Shown in pieces: positions 25,472 through 38,827 of a stretch of 64,000 nucleotides of DNA. The position numbers and the translations under genes were made by a program. Under the pieces are notes generated by a model. That model worked only from the letters and a program-made list of their open reading frames with translations, made no database searches and was not told the DNA's origin. Position 1 is the stretch's first letter. Each line of letters opens with the position of its first letter. Source of the stretch: Dimorphilus gyrociliatus (Eukaryota > Animalia > Annelida); assembly GCA_904063045.1 (NCBI GenBank), contig CAJFCJ010000011.1, positions 515,100-579,099 of the forward strand. Reading direction: 5' to 3'.

Positions 25472-26339
25472 TTAGGAAAATTGTAAACTTTCCTCATTTA
25501 GATAATAACTTATTAGTCTAGTTTTTCTTCTAAAAGTTGAAGTGTTCGATTTGCGGTAAAGAGTATCAGTTGGCCTCTGTAAAGATTTCTTTGTTAATTC
25601 ACTGTTTGAAGTCGGTAAATTCCATAGACACAAAATGGAGGCCACTAAAACTAAAGTTGTGCAAAAGCCTAAAAATAAACAATATATATTCAAACTAATC
25701 AGCCGAAGAAGCAACTTACCAATTAATGATGCTGTTTTAACGGATAATTTTTCATCCGAAGTAGTTTTACCGTTATGCAATTTTTGAATGCTTAAACAAT
25801 CTTCAAAAATATCTTTATGTTCAAGAATACACGATTGCCTTTCATCTCCTATTCCATGAGCCTTACAATAAAATATTCTTGTTTTATTCACATTTTGACA
25901 TTCTATACTATAACTTAAACGAAATTTTCGGATTTCTGCTAAAAAGAAACCAAAAAAGAATATTTTTAATTGATAAAGCCAACAAACCAAGATTCGATAA
26001 AACTTTTGTCCTTTTCTTATGGTACAGATTATATAATTTAGTTTCTTCTTTAAGTAGAAAATTGACTTCAACAGATGAATTAGAAATAAAAATATCCACT
26101 TCACACTGAATTTTAGCATTAAATATTGGATGATAATTTTCATTATATCCTCCCTCTGTAATATTTGTAGTTAACCTAAGTTTACCCAGTGTAAAATTTG
26201 AACAAAGACAGGAAATGTTATCGAAGTTTATTAACAATATGAAAAATTGTTTTTGCAATATTTTAAAGCGAAAATAACTTTTCATAATCAATAATTCTAT
26301 AATCTTTTTACTCTTATAGCCGATAATATTTTTATTCAA
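25472..26339 (-). CDS. Uncharacterized membrane protein with a C-terminal hydrophobic anchor. Two minus-strand coding ORFs in different frames imply at least one unresolved intron
   Basis: …NITEGGYNENYHPIFNAKIQCEVDIFISNSSVEVNFLLKEE… and …EIRKFRLSYSIECQNVNKTRIFYCKAHGIGDERQSCILEHKDIFEDCLSIQKLHNGKTTSDEKLSVKTASLIGKLLLRLISLNIYCLFLGFCTTLVLVASILCLWNLP… (a transmembrane helix near the C-terminus). I recognise no family. Confidence 0.3.
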
Positions 26340-26450
26340 TCAGTTGATTCAACTGGTACGATTTTAAAAAATTTTTTCGCTATATTAAATTATTATTAAT
26401 TAGATTATTCATTATTAAATATTTGAAGCAAAAATAGTAGAGTAAACTCC

Positions 26451-27270
26451 ATGTATCAGGTTATTGTACTTCGCAACGGAAGCTGTAAAGGTATTTTAAA
26501 AAAATTTTAAATATAAAAATTTTTAATTTTCTTTTAATATCGCTCAGATGAACACAATGGATATATAGTTTATTGTACTATAACTCTTATTAAAGGAGAG
26601 TTTAATGTTTTGGTAGATCCTGGTGGATACTGGGATCAAGAAGTTCTAGTTAAAGGTAATATCATTCTGGGTCAAAATTCAAATGACTTCTAAACAGAAC
26701 AGAAATCATTAGGGTTAAAAGAAAATGACTTGGATCCAGCAGATATTGACTATGTTATTTGCTCTCATGGCCACTCCGATCACATAGGAAACTTGCATTT
26801 ATTCCCAAAAGCCATTAAAATTATTTCCAATGACGTATCAAGAGGAAATGTTTACTTTAAAGATAATCCCCTTAAAAAGGTACATTTTAAAGAATTAAAT
26901 GAAATCCTTTAGTTTGACATAATGACAGGGTGAAGATTATGTTGTAGATGAAAATTTACGTATTATATCAACTCCTGGGCACACTTGCAACGATATTAGT
27001 GTTCTAGTAGAAACTAAAGAGTATGGAAAAGTTATTGTGGCTGGTGAATATAACTTTTTAAGTTTTATTGAATATTGTTTGTCATTAATCAGTTATTAAT
27101 CAAAAGGCGACATTTTCGAATGTGAAGAAGATATCGAAAATCCTTCATTATGGATGGAAAATTGTGAGATGCCCTCTACTGATAAGCAGGAAGAATCTAG
27201 GCGAGCTATTACAAAGATGGCAAATTACATTGTTCCAGGTCATGGAGCTATGTTTCAAGTTAAAAAATAA
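26451..27270 (+). CDS. MBLAC1: Metallo-beta-lactamase domain-containing protein 1 (MBLAC1-like); five exons join(26451..26490, 26548..26655, 26713..26879, 26929..27043, 27107..27270)
   Basis: Spliced protein: MYQVIVLRNGSCK|DEHNGYIVYCTITLIKGEFNVLVDPGGYWDQEVLVK|GLKENDLDPADIDYVICSHGHSDHIGNLHLFPKAIKIISNDVSRGNVYFKDNPLKK|GEDYVVDENLRIISTPGHTCNDISVLVETKEYGKVIVAG|DIFECEEDIENPSLWMENCEMPSTDKQEESRRAITKMANYIVPGHGAMFQVKK*. The HxHxDH, GHT and PGHG metal-binding motifs are present. Introns are 57, 57, 49 and 63 bp, all GT/AG. Confidence 0.8.
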
Positions 27271-27449
27271 ACTAATATATACTACAATGAAATTTAATAT
27301 TTATTGAAAATCTTTAAGACAAAGCATTTAAATTTGCAAGTTTTAAAGATTTGAGAAGCAGAGCATTTCTTTGAGATGATTGCGCCTCTCTATAATGGAA
27401 ATTTTGGAATTAATAAATATCAAACAGTCTATTTTTTCTCAAAATTTAG

Positions 27450-30400
27450 CTAGTCAGTATAAGATAATAGATAAATATTTCCTCGCTTGTCTCCTGCAAT
27501 AATTTTTCTTTCATTTGAATTGTCGAAAGATGCCAATTTGGTAACTGGTGCTGAACATAAAAACTCTCCTTTTAGTTCACTTTTGTTTGTTTGAAATCCC
27601 CAAGCTCTTATTAAACCATCACTAGAGGAAGTAAAGTATGTTTCTCCGATTTGTACAATAGAAGTAATTGAATCATCATGAAGCTTTAAAAAAATAAATT
27701 CAATAGTTAAAATTTTAAATCATTTTCTTTTCTGTATTTTGTTTATTTCTTACTTTATACTTCTCCTCGGATGATTTTCTTGAAATAAATAGATTTCCGG
27801 TAGAGTCGGTTGCCATTAGGGAATCAGAAGCGTCATTTTCTATGCATAGTCTCAAAGGATTTAACCATAAATTGGGGGTTTCGAAGCTTTTAATTTTTTT
27901 ATACAATTCAAAATCCTGCTTATCCTGAAAAAACAAAGCACATAACTTTTAGTAATGATCTATAATAACAATTAATTTTGTCTTACATTGTCTCCTAAAA
28001 CTTTATAAATTCGAACTACTCCCTTAGTGTTCGATATGCCAACTAATAATGAACCATCGGATTTATAGTTGGAAATCTGAGCTCCGATTACGTCCGAAGT
28101 TTTACTAGTTAAAAAAGTTTTTGTTGAAAAGATATGAAAAGCATTAATGCTAAATTTCTTACCATTGGCCCATTATTATGTTATGTAAAAATTCACCATT
28201 AGGTCTAAAACTTAATTTGCATAATTGTCCTTTGGCTGTCATCAGAATGGTGTTGTGCTTTTCAGGATTGTAAGTCACTTGAATTATGCGAGATTTTTTC
28301 CCAAGGCTTGAAATTTCATAATAACTACTTTGTCTATAACGTTAATCATTATGAATAAGATGTATTGAACAATACAATTTGTAACTTACTGTACGCAGAT
28401 GTTATCTGCTTGAATGGTTAATATGTATGTTCTAAACTCAGCTGTTTCATAATTGACTATTAGTATCCATCTATCTGAGCTTATTCTCCAAGAATGCAAA
28501 TCTATGATGGGACCTTCAAAAGACGTCTTGAAAAAGAAAAAAGTATATAGTTTACCCGATTACAATAATTAGTCAATAAAACATACTTCAAGACCTTTAC
28601 TTAATTCACTAAGAAGTGACAAATCATTATTCTCCAGTCTCCAAATTTTGCAGGCACCGTCTAAACTACCTGTTATAACTAACTTTTTACGCTCGTCGAC
28701 AAATATTGCTGATATTTCAGAGCTATGTTGTAGTTTTAAAGACTGAACTTTATCTGGAACAGTCCAAATTCTTACTGACCCATCTCTTGAAGATGTTGCC
28801 ACGCGATTTCCTAAATTTTCAAGAGCATTTACTGGATAGGAATGTCCTTCAAGATCATCAATGTGTTCGCTCTAAAAAGTTTAAATATGCCAATTAATAT
28901 TAAGAGAGACTTAACCTTATGTATCATACTATAATTGGCTTGAAAATAGATATTTTTCCATCATCCGAGGCAGTTACAACCATAACGTCTTTAACTTTTT
29001 CTGTATTTCTACTTAATTTGTTCTGGTCATGCTTTTCTTTCCATTCTTCCTTCGCAACTATTTTACTCCAGTCTTTTGATAGTATATCATCTACAACACT
29101 TTCTTCGGGTTTTCTTTCGTTCGTAACTAATATATCTATATCATTTAGTCTACTAGTGTCAGCTTGAATAGTTGTAAGTTCCGCTCCTCTTTTACTCCAA
29201 ATTTTTAATTGTCCATCGCTTGAGACACTTCCAATACATTTTTTCTGGAAGTATAAATTTTGTTTTTGGTTTTCCTTTCGATTAATTAACTAACCTTATG
29301 CAAAACACGATTTACTGCAGCTTCATGGCCTTTAAAGCTTGTTTCTATATCGCTGTCACCATTGATATTCAACATTTTCATAGTGAAATCATTACTACTA
29401 GTTAATAAATATCTAGATTCTCCGTCAATTAAGCATATAGAATTAATCCAATCAGGATGAACATTGGTATATGTTTTATTAATATTCAAAACACCTTTTT
29501 CTGATACTGTCCAATTCTTAATTGACATATCTCTACTGCATGTCCAGATTGTGTTATCGACAAATTCGATACCTTTAAACATATAAAAATTATATTGTAA
29601 TGTAATTGTAAAGCATATAATTTAGTGCAAACCTGTAACAGCTGATGTATGACAATTTTTGTTACTTAATATATAGAGCTTTTTCATGACTTTGTTGTAT
29701 TTTACACAAATTATTTCGTTGTCAAAAGTTCCAACAAAAATTAAATCTCTACCATCAAGGCACAAGCTTGAAATTGAGGAACTGGTAACAGAAATCCGTG
29801 CGTCAATCACAATTGTATCTTTACATGATCTTAAAATGAATAGTTCTCCCGAGGTGGTCGTGCATGCTATAGTAATATCATCAGTATTTTGAAATACTTG
29901 TAAGCAAGTGATAGATTGTTGAGATATTCTGTTGAAAAATTAAAATTAACTTCAAGACTATTTATGTTTTCTTATTTTCATACTTTTTTGTTAAAATGCA
30001 AGTTTTTGTAAATATATCGTATATTCTAACATATCCATCGTGAAAAGCAGCTATAATTTCATTTTTTACTGGACTAAATATAACTCTGGTTACGCTACTA
30101 TCTTCGACAAATTCGCCAAATTTGATTCCAAGTTTTCCTGACCATACTTTGCCTAGACAATCATCTGCCACAGTGATTAGTTTTGATCCATTTTCATTGA
30201 AAACTAGGTCGTTTACAGGGGATATATGACCTTCGAAGCGCCCCAGCTTGGATCCTATTTCTCCAGACCACAGTGCTACTTCTCCATCTAATGCTGCAGA
30301 TGCTATATAAACACCAGATGGCGAATAAGAAACAGCACGTACAGCCGAATTGTGACCCCTTAGAATCTATAAAAAAAAGTATTTGATTTAAGTAGGAAAA

Positions 30401-33400
30401 GATAAGTGCATCTAAATGACTTACAGCTATCCTTTTTCTACCAAATGCGCTATATATTCTTAAGATACTGCTCCAGTCTCCTATAACGACTTTTTCTCCT
30501 CTTGGATGATAGCAGACACAATTTATTGGTTTCCTATAGAAAAGGCGATATTTATTTCAAAATTTTATTCTAATTACTTTCTTACGAACTTTAAAGTTGT
30601 CGTCCATGTTAAATCTCCATCGCTACTCCAAAATTTCATTTGCGAATCCCATCCGACACTAACAAATTGTTTTCCATCAGGTTGAACTGCAATTGCTGAA
30701 ACATGGCGCCTATGACCAGTACAGACTTTTAATCTCTGAGTTGAATTAGCATCCCAAATGCAAATTGTATTATCATCTGCTGCCGTGCAAAGTCTGTTAG
30801 ATGATAGGAATTTTACGGCAGTTACTGAATCCTTATGGCCAATGAAAGTTTTTATTTCTTTACCAGAGGCCACATCAAAAAGGCGACAAATTCCGTCTGA
30901 AGAACCACAAATAATAGTCAATTTATCTCTTGAGGTTGATAGACAAGTAACGTTCTTCGAAATATTCGCTATCGTCATTTGGCAGTTTTTCGCTTCCTCC
31001 CTTTTATTAAACCACTCAAAAATATGCTCTTTAGCTTTATTTTCATTCTTCATAATAATTCTTGCATGCTTACAAGGAATTGATGTTTCGACACTATTCA
31101 AAGCTTGTTGATAAACAAGCTTAGGTTGTCTATGAAAAAGGAGAATTAACTCTATATTGAGCAAAATATATTTCGGTTTACCTGTGTAATAGTGTAGCAT
31201 TACTTCTAACAAAAAAGCTATAATCTTTAATTTCCTGTGTCTTGAGAAATTTCTTGGCAACCATACCCGATTCCTTCTTGCCGAATTCATAGCTAGTTAA
31301 CAATTTCACAGCAAGATTGTTTTCAAACATTTTTTCAATATAACTTAGATCAGTTAATAGCATAGATAAATATTCATATTGTTCGGAATGTATCTAAAAA
31401 AGTTATCATTCAATTAATTAGCAAACCAAATCCTCTTCGATTACTATGTCAAAATACGTACCAAGTGGGCGGCAACCTTGGAAAGATGATAATTACTACA
31501 CTCAGTTTTCCCCTTGATTAAACCGGATTTAACTATGCAGTAACCAGACAAAACAGTATGGAATATTTTTTCTGTTTGTCTATCTGTGTATCTTGAGGAA
31601 ATCGCTTTCAATATTTCTTGTTGGCCCAGTGATATATTGCCACTATTAAAGAAAGAAATATTGGTGTACATTTCCTTTCTATTATATTAAAATTCAATTA
31701 TTTTTCTTACGTATTGCTCTCTGAAGCCCTGATGAAACCTTTAATATTTCTTAGTAGAGGAGCTAATTTACCGTATGGTAACTTTTTGTATGATCCGCTG
31801 AAGTAATCTATAACGCGACTTAGATTTTTCAAATCAACCTTTTTGTCTTCGAAAATAGGCAGAATATTTTGAATATCAGTCTCTTTCATACCTAAGAATT
31901 AACAATTAGTAAGAGCGATCATAATAATTGAGAGAGACAATTATTTACCGCCTAAAGAAAATGCTAAAAGAGACATGGAGCACTTTACTTCATTTTCGCC
32001 GAACTCATTTTCTAATCTCTCCAGAATTTGTGTGAGCAATGAAGGTAGAGTTGATGCCAAAGATTTTAGTTTCGTAGTTAACTGCAAAGATGTATAAATT
32101 TATATATATATATATATATTTAAAAACATAGATAGACAAATTTTCTTGGAGGACTTTAACAATTATTAGAAGATCAATACGAACTTGTTCAAATACGCCA
32201 AATATTTTCAGTTCCTCACAGGCTATTTTTAGATAAAGAGGATTATTAGAATCCTTTTTATTTGTTATTTGAGATATTTGATTATTGAATCCCTTTTCAT
32301 TGAGAGATTTGCCGTATTTTTCCAAATTTTTTCTTACGACGACTGACTTGTCAAAGACATCTAAATTTCCGACTTGAAAGGTTACAGGCCTTAAACGCTG
32401 TAGACATTTGGCTGAAGGACTGAAATCAAGAACCGTAAAGATGATAAGCACATTTTGAGGAATGCTTGAGGGTAGCCAATTAAGAGATTTTTCGTGTCCT
32501 TTATTGTCAGTTTTGTCGAAATCGTCAAATACTATTGCTACTGGACTGCAATTGATATTTGATATTTCGTTTAGAATTGCTCCAAAAGTTTCTACCAAAC
32601 TTCTGTAATATCAAAGTCTTATAAGTACTTTAGCACTCTAAAACTACATAAACTTACTCATAATTTTCAGGAATAATCAAATCTATTCTAAAAAAGCGTA
32701 CTAATTCTGTGCATATTCTGTACAAGCATGATGGAATACTCTCTGACCCTTCGAAAAGGCCGAAGCTGTGAACTAGGACAGTCGAAAATTTTTTCCTTAG
32801 ATTGAGCAGTACATTTGCCGCTAAACTGCTCTTTCCAGTTGCAACTTTACCACATATAGTAACGATCGCACCATTCCTAGATAAATCACCAAATTTGGAA
32901 CTTAAGTTATTCACCAATTTCTTCCTGCCGGCAAATTCCTCTCCTAAATTTTTGAAATAGAAGTTAAATCTCTCTGTCTCATGAGATATAGCATCCAAAT
33001 GGATCAAATTGTCACTCTTCTTTAATTTATCCATATGGCGAGTAAGTTGATTTAAAACATTAAACCCTAAATCTTGTAAATTTGTTACTATTGGCTTTCC
33101 ATCATAAATTCCACCCCAGTCACAGTCATACCTTAAATTATATAAGTTTTAGTTAGATATTTTGGCATCTGTTAACATTTTATACATACTCAATACAGTT
33201 GGATCCAGATGTCTTTACCAGCTGTTTTAAATTATTCATTTTTTCTTTGCTATCCTCGCTTTCAGCTTGAAATTTATTGCGAAGGTCGGTGGGAACTTGC
33301 CTGTTTTATAAGATTCTCAATAAAAAGCAAAATTCATATATTAGATTCTTACGATAAGAAGTTTTTCTTTCGTAAATAAAAAAAGCATGTTTTTTTATTT

Positions 33401-36400
33401 TCTAACGCTAAACGCATCTCGATTTCAGTGATACTCTTTTTCTTATATTCATCAGACAAATTTATATCCTTGAAATCTGCTTCTTGTGGTAAAAACCCAT
33501 ACCTTTCACCTAAAAGACCGATAACTACATCAGCCTTAGTAACTTCATTTAGACAAAGAGAGACTAATTTTTCTGTTTCGCTTTCCGTTATACCCCAGCG
33601 TAAATCAACGTCGATAATGTCATAGAAGAGATTAGCAGCTTTTGAACGAATTTCAGGGATAATAAATCGAGTTAGTAGATCTCGTTCTCCATGCATATCA
33701 GTAAACGTTGATGAGATAAACACTCTTATTTCTTTCCATCTAAAATTTATCGAAGTGAGGGTAAATTAAAACCAAATATATGGAAAATACCTTGGTACGC
33801 TTATCTGAATTGGTAATGGCCGCTCAATTTTTGAAAAATCTTTCTTTTGTTTAAGTTCAGGCAAATTGTATTTTTTGTCGAGCTTGTTGATATAATTTAG
33901 CAGTCCTTTATTACCTCTTTCAGTCACAAATCTGTAATATTACAACAAGTTAAAAAGTATTTATAGCTCATTAACTTTATCGGTACCGTAATAATTGATC
34001 ACTGTAACCGGATAGGAAAATGTCATTTTCGTGGACCTTTTCGCTTTCTCTATTCACACCGACGGAAGTCCCTGACAAGTTAACATGTACATACATCAGA
34101 TCCGGATTTACCAAATGACGAAATGCGTTTAGGAAGCAGTTTAGAATTTTAAGCTCATCTTTGTCAGGAGCGTTTGATGATAGCATAACAATATTATCAA
34201 TCTAAATAGAATATAGAAAATTTTTATAAACCTAATAATAATATTGTATAATTTATATACAGACCTTCTTTCTATTGACTAAGAACTCATCTAAATAATG
34301 CAGGAAAGTCTTGTTCATGTCAGATACATTTATATCCTGAAAAATTATGTATACAGTACTAACGATGATATTTAAACATAAAACATACGAAATTCTTAGC
34401 CTGTTGTTGAATACTAGACATATTTTCTAGAATAGTTCCTTTTTCTAATTCAATCTCTTCATAGTTGCTGTTGCTGTAAAGTAGATACTGGCACTCTTCA
34501 CAGACGTATTTAAACATGAGACCTAAAAGGGCCCCAACGTCTAACTTTGTTTTCTAAAAGACATTAGGTTTAGCAAGTGACGAGTAAATCAATTTAAAAT
34601 CTTACAGCTTGAGTGAGGCCGCTCGACGTCTGACATGGTCTAAGCATCAATTGGCTGACCTCCAATAGGATAATGGTATGACCCTTAATAGGCGCAACAT
34701 TATGAATGGTAGCTAACGATACAGCCTGATCCAAAGCGTTTTTATATTTGCTAATGATAGTTGGATCGTATTTCATCTTGATTCTAAAATACAAATAGTT
34801 GCATTCTTATTGAATTTAGTTTTTATTCCTACTAATACACACTTTTTTACATATGTTGCCGGATTATTACGATTCCCGCCCCTTACATTTCTTCTACCAT
34901 ATCCACGAGCAGGGACTGATACCGGTTTTTTTGGATTCAGTTTTTCTTCCAACCATTCATTATATTGTTTCTCCAGTGTTGTAAGCACATCATATGCTGA
35001 AAAGAATCTAAACGGAAACTGTTTCGAATTAACTATGCTCTTTTCATCAGTCAATCTTCCTAAAATCATATTATGATGACTCTCCGATATACCAGCTTTA
35101 ATTAGGTTTCTTAGATTACGCAACATTGCCATGAAGGGTAATTTCTTATGATCAATTAAACCTTCCCATACGAAAGATTTGTTTCCCTTCATAGAAATTT
35201 GAGTTTCCCATGTCTCTGGTGTAGGTAGTTTCATTCTCTTTCCACATTTAGATTGATCGAATGTTCCATCCAATCCTAATTTATAAAATTCTTCAAGATT
35301 TTCAGGATATCTATAAACATCGTGCTCTGTTACAGTTTCGTAACAATAAGGTTTATAAAAATATTTTTCTAACAAACCTTTTTCCTAAGAGGCAAAGAAC
35401 GTTGTTTACTGGCGTACGTATATGCAGTTTGCGAATTAACTGCTTTAAAGTGAATGATTTGCTAGAGCGCTCTTGTAATTTTGTCAATGCTTCTTCCTAT
35501 ACATACAGAAATCTTAAGAATTAGTTAAAAAGACACTAATTTAAATAATTACGAATGATTCCTTCGGCGGAGCCGATCGTGTCCCTCTTCTAAAATTTCC
35601 CCTACCTCTTGTAGAACCTCTCGAAGCAAAATTATTTGTTCTCAAGGCTTTTCGCTTTAGCCTCTTTTTTTTTGATTTAACCTTATCTTTATCATATTTA
35701 GCCAATTGAAAAGCATTAAAACTGGCAAACTTTTTTGTCATTACTCTTCTTAAAGAAGCTGGTAGGGATGAGAAATTATTCTTCTTTCCCTCTTTCAAAG
35801 TTAAGGAAATTTCAGCAACACTTATCCAATCTGACGGCAATACAATAGTGTTGTCGAAATATTTCTTGAGAAATGGACGGCATTGGGGACTGTTTAAAGT
35901 TTTAAATGTATTTATTTATAATAAAAAACTATAAATAAAATTAAACCTACTTATTAGAGGAATAAGCCAATAAAAAGTTACTTGTCGAACGAATGTTTAA
36001 TTCTAATCTGGTATAAAGAGCTACCTGAGAAAGCAATTGAATTTGAAATTAGCTAGAATGTAAAGTATATTTACTAATATAAATTCACCTTTAGAACAAA
36101 TTCTGGATCATCCATTGAAATTTTATTACAAACAGATATCAAATCTCCTCTTACTGGATCATCTTCAGCTTGAAAATTGGGTGACCTAATCAAACTTCCA
36201 CTTACCAGATGGATGAATCGTCTCTGTTAAGAAAGGCAACACTTTAAATATTTGCATTTACGAAGAATCTTTCTAATCTAGTAACCTTTAGATCTTCAAT
36301 AGTCTCTTCTTTCTCACTACCCCCTATTTCATTTGCAACTACTTTTCTATGGACATCTATCTTCTCAATATCCTCTGCTATCAATTCATAGCTGGGAGCT

Positions 36401-36858
36401 TTACAGTCATCTTCATATTTGATAAGATCTTCTTTTATGAGTTCAGTCGTTTTTTTAATTTGACTTTTCTTATTCTTCAGAGCATTCTTTGTATTAAGTA
36501 TTTGTGTGGGAAGTGTTTGATTGCTTGTCAAACTTAACAATCCATCTTTCATAAAAGAAGGTACTTTTGAGAAAGTGCATTGCTGGTTGAAAATACTGCT
36601 CCTCTCGCTTATTGAATGTATAGCCGACCCGCTTGATAGACTAAATAGTTTTTCATTGAGCTGGGCTTTCGGCTGAACTAATGAAGATTTTTTGTTACTA
36701 AATGAAATTGAAGGATTTAAAAAGCCTGATCCAGTTAAAAGAGTAGAAGGGCCATTAAGAGATGAACATTTAAAACCGGAAGAACAGCCTGCAAAATGAA
36801 GGTTTGTTAGGCCTGATAATAAAATGGTGATTGAGCAAGAACAACATAATCTTGCCAC
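27450..36858 (-). CDS. TEP1: TEP1-like protein (telomerase/vault-associated protein 1 architecture: N-terminal region, TROVE, DUF4062, NACHT P-loop NTPase, long WD40 array), multi-exon. Stop at 27450-27452; putative ATG at 36858
   Basis: Minus-strand exons: 36244-36858 N-terminal region; 34773-35375 TROVE-like (…YKLGLDGTFDQSKCGKRMKLPTPETWETQISMKGNKSFVWEGLIDHKKLPFMAMLRNLRNLIKAGISESHHNMILGRLTD…QFPFRFFSAYDVL); 33349-33723 DUF4062 (MFISSTFTDMHGERDLLTRFIIPEIRS…DVDLRWGITESE); 32654-33034 NACHT Walker A (TICGKVATGKSSLAANVLLNL); 27450-31290 many WD40 repeats (…GHKDSVTAVKF…ICIWD…, …SVRIWTV…, GDKRGNIYLLSYTD*). The TROVE + NACHT + WD40 order is specific to TEP1 rather than NWD1 or Ro60. Confidence 0.75.
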
Positions 36859-38827
36859 CTAATTACGTATGCTTTTAACAAAGATAAATCTAAATATCTA
36901 AACAGTCATATCTCTAGAATAATCGTCGAGATAAAGACGTAGGCAGCGTATTCTTCTAAATATCGAAATAGTTCCGGTATTTGATGGGACAACATTTAAT
37001 TATTTTTTACCATTAAAAACATTAAAAACGTATAAACGCTTTTAAACACCTCTATGTAATAGAATAGGTAGAATGACAACTTTGAACAAACCTGTCAAAT
37101 CCTTAGATGGTCTTAAGCAGCTACTTAAATTAACACTCATTGCTTAAACTTAAATTACTATATTGAATATAAATAGACACTGTTGACTCGTAACTCAACA
37201 AAATTATGTTTGATTTCCGGCGTCAACGTGCCAAATGAAAAAGAACTAGAGAGGATAATGAAATTTTTGCAAAATTTTCACAATCTTGTATTGCACAACA
37301 ATCGATAAAAAAGTGCAAATTCTTGAAGTTTTCGCTTATAAATCACTTGATAACGAAATGGGTTCGATAGCGACAAACGGTGTCCAATAGTGTTAAAAGA
37401 GTTATAATATTTTGCAATATTTACAAAGACTTAATATTTTAGCAACTTATAGTTCTTTGCACCAAATGAATCTATCTTTTAAAACATTGAGAGAAAATAA
37501 ATTAAGAAACCTTCTTATGAAAGAAATAAAAGTTATCGACCATTTAATTAAACAAAAATTCATTGTGTAATTGTATATAATCGTTACATATGCAAATGTC
37601 ATTAGCAATGCTATCTGCATTTTCAATCAACATAACTTAATACGATTTCTGATTTGTAGCCATTCATCCTATCCAAAATCACAACATTGAATTTTTTTGT
37701 GATATTTATCATCGGATAAACTATTGCCAAAAGTTTATATCTTTTATATAAAATAATAGTACAATTAATGACCTTAGAAAGAATATTACTCATAAGCTTG
37801 AGATGCTTAAAAAAGGATATATCTAATAATAAAAAAATGATCTATTTGCAATCGTCTTTCCTTGCAGCAGTATATTTATGTTTTTGTTGTATATAATACA
37901 TAAAATTTGATAAAGTGGATAAGATTGAGGTGTTTTCTCTAACATATAACAATGAAAAAAAAGCATAAAATTGACTAAATATCATAAATTTTTTAAATTA
38001 CACGACATATTCAAACATTTATAATTTCTCGTGACAAAAGACTACTAAATCTTCTCTTCATATAATATTCATGCTCATTTGCCGTTTCACTATTCTGTCT
38101 ATATGATTTATTAACAATTCAAACCTTTTGATACTGTATTGTATTTTATAGGAGCAAACGAATCTATTGCAATTAAAACTAAAAGATGTTGTCTTCAAAG
38201 TCAAGTCTTTCTGTGATGTATTGGCTGCAAGCATCCGGAAATGAAAACTCGCTTCTACTAGGTTGAAAAAAAGATGAAAACCGAATAGAGGGAATTTAAT
38301 CTCTTTTTAAATCAAATATCATACAACAATCCCTGTTACGGCCTCACAATAAGATATTTATTATAATTAATACTTCAGTAACAGCATGTGCCGGATGATA
38401 ATGTCTACTTTCAATTCAACTTAGTCGGACACGCCTGTCAACTAAATGCTGTCACTTTTTAAAACAAAGAACATAGTATATTTTAAAATAAACAATGTAA
38501 ATTGCACCATACATTCTGCATTCATTCCTTAAAATGAAACCTCAAGCACTGTCCTTAAATATAGATGAAACAGTCATTCAATAAAATTGGACTAAAGAGA
38601 GTACTCAAAATAAACTTTTTCTTAAATGAATGGGAAAGATATAAACGATCTACTTTGTAAATTACACTTTTCTTTGAATTTGTACTTGATGGTGAATTTG
38701 AAAGCAAAACAAATAAAGTACTAAGTTATAGTTTATTGAATTGTCTAATAAGAAGGTATTGATTATTATTATTATTATCATTCTTTTGATCATGTCTTTG
38801 TACTTATATAGTAATATATTTTTTTGT

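Noticed and set aside
36859-38827. ~2-kb gap between the TEP1 start and PEX2 3' end, scanned for a ncRNA or small gene, including ORF 38662-38934
   Set aside because: There is no ORF with coding-like composition and no recognisable RNA gene motifs (tRNA A/B boxes, snRNA Sm sites). ORF 38662-38934 overlaps the PEX2 3' end in another frame and is AT-rich junk.
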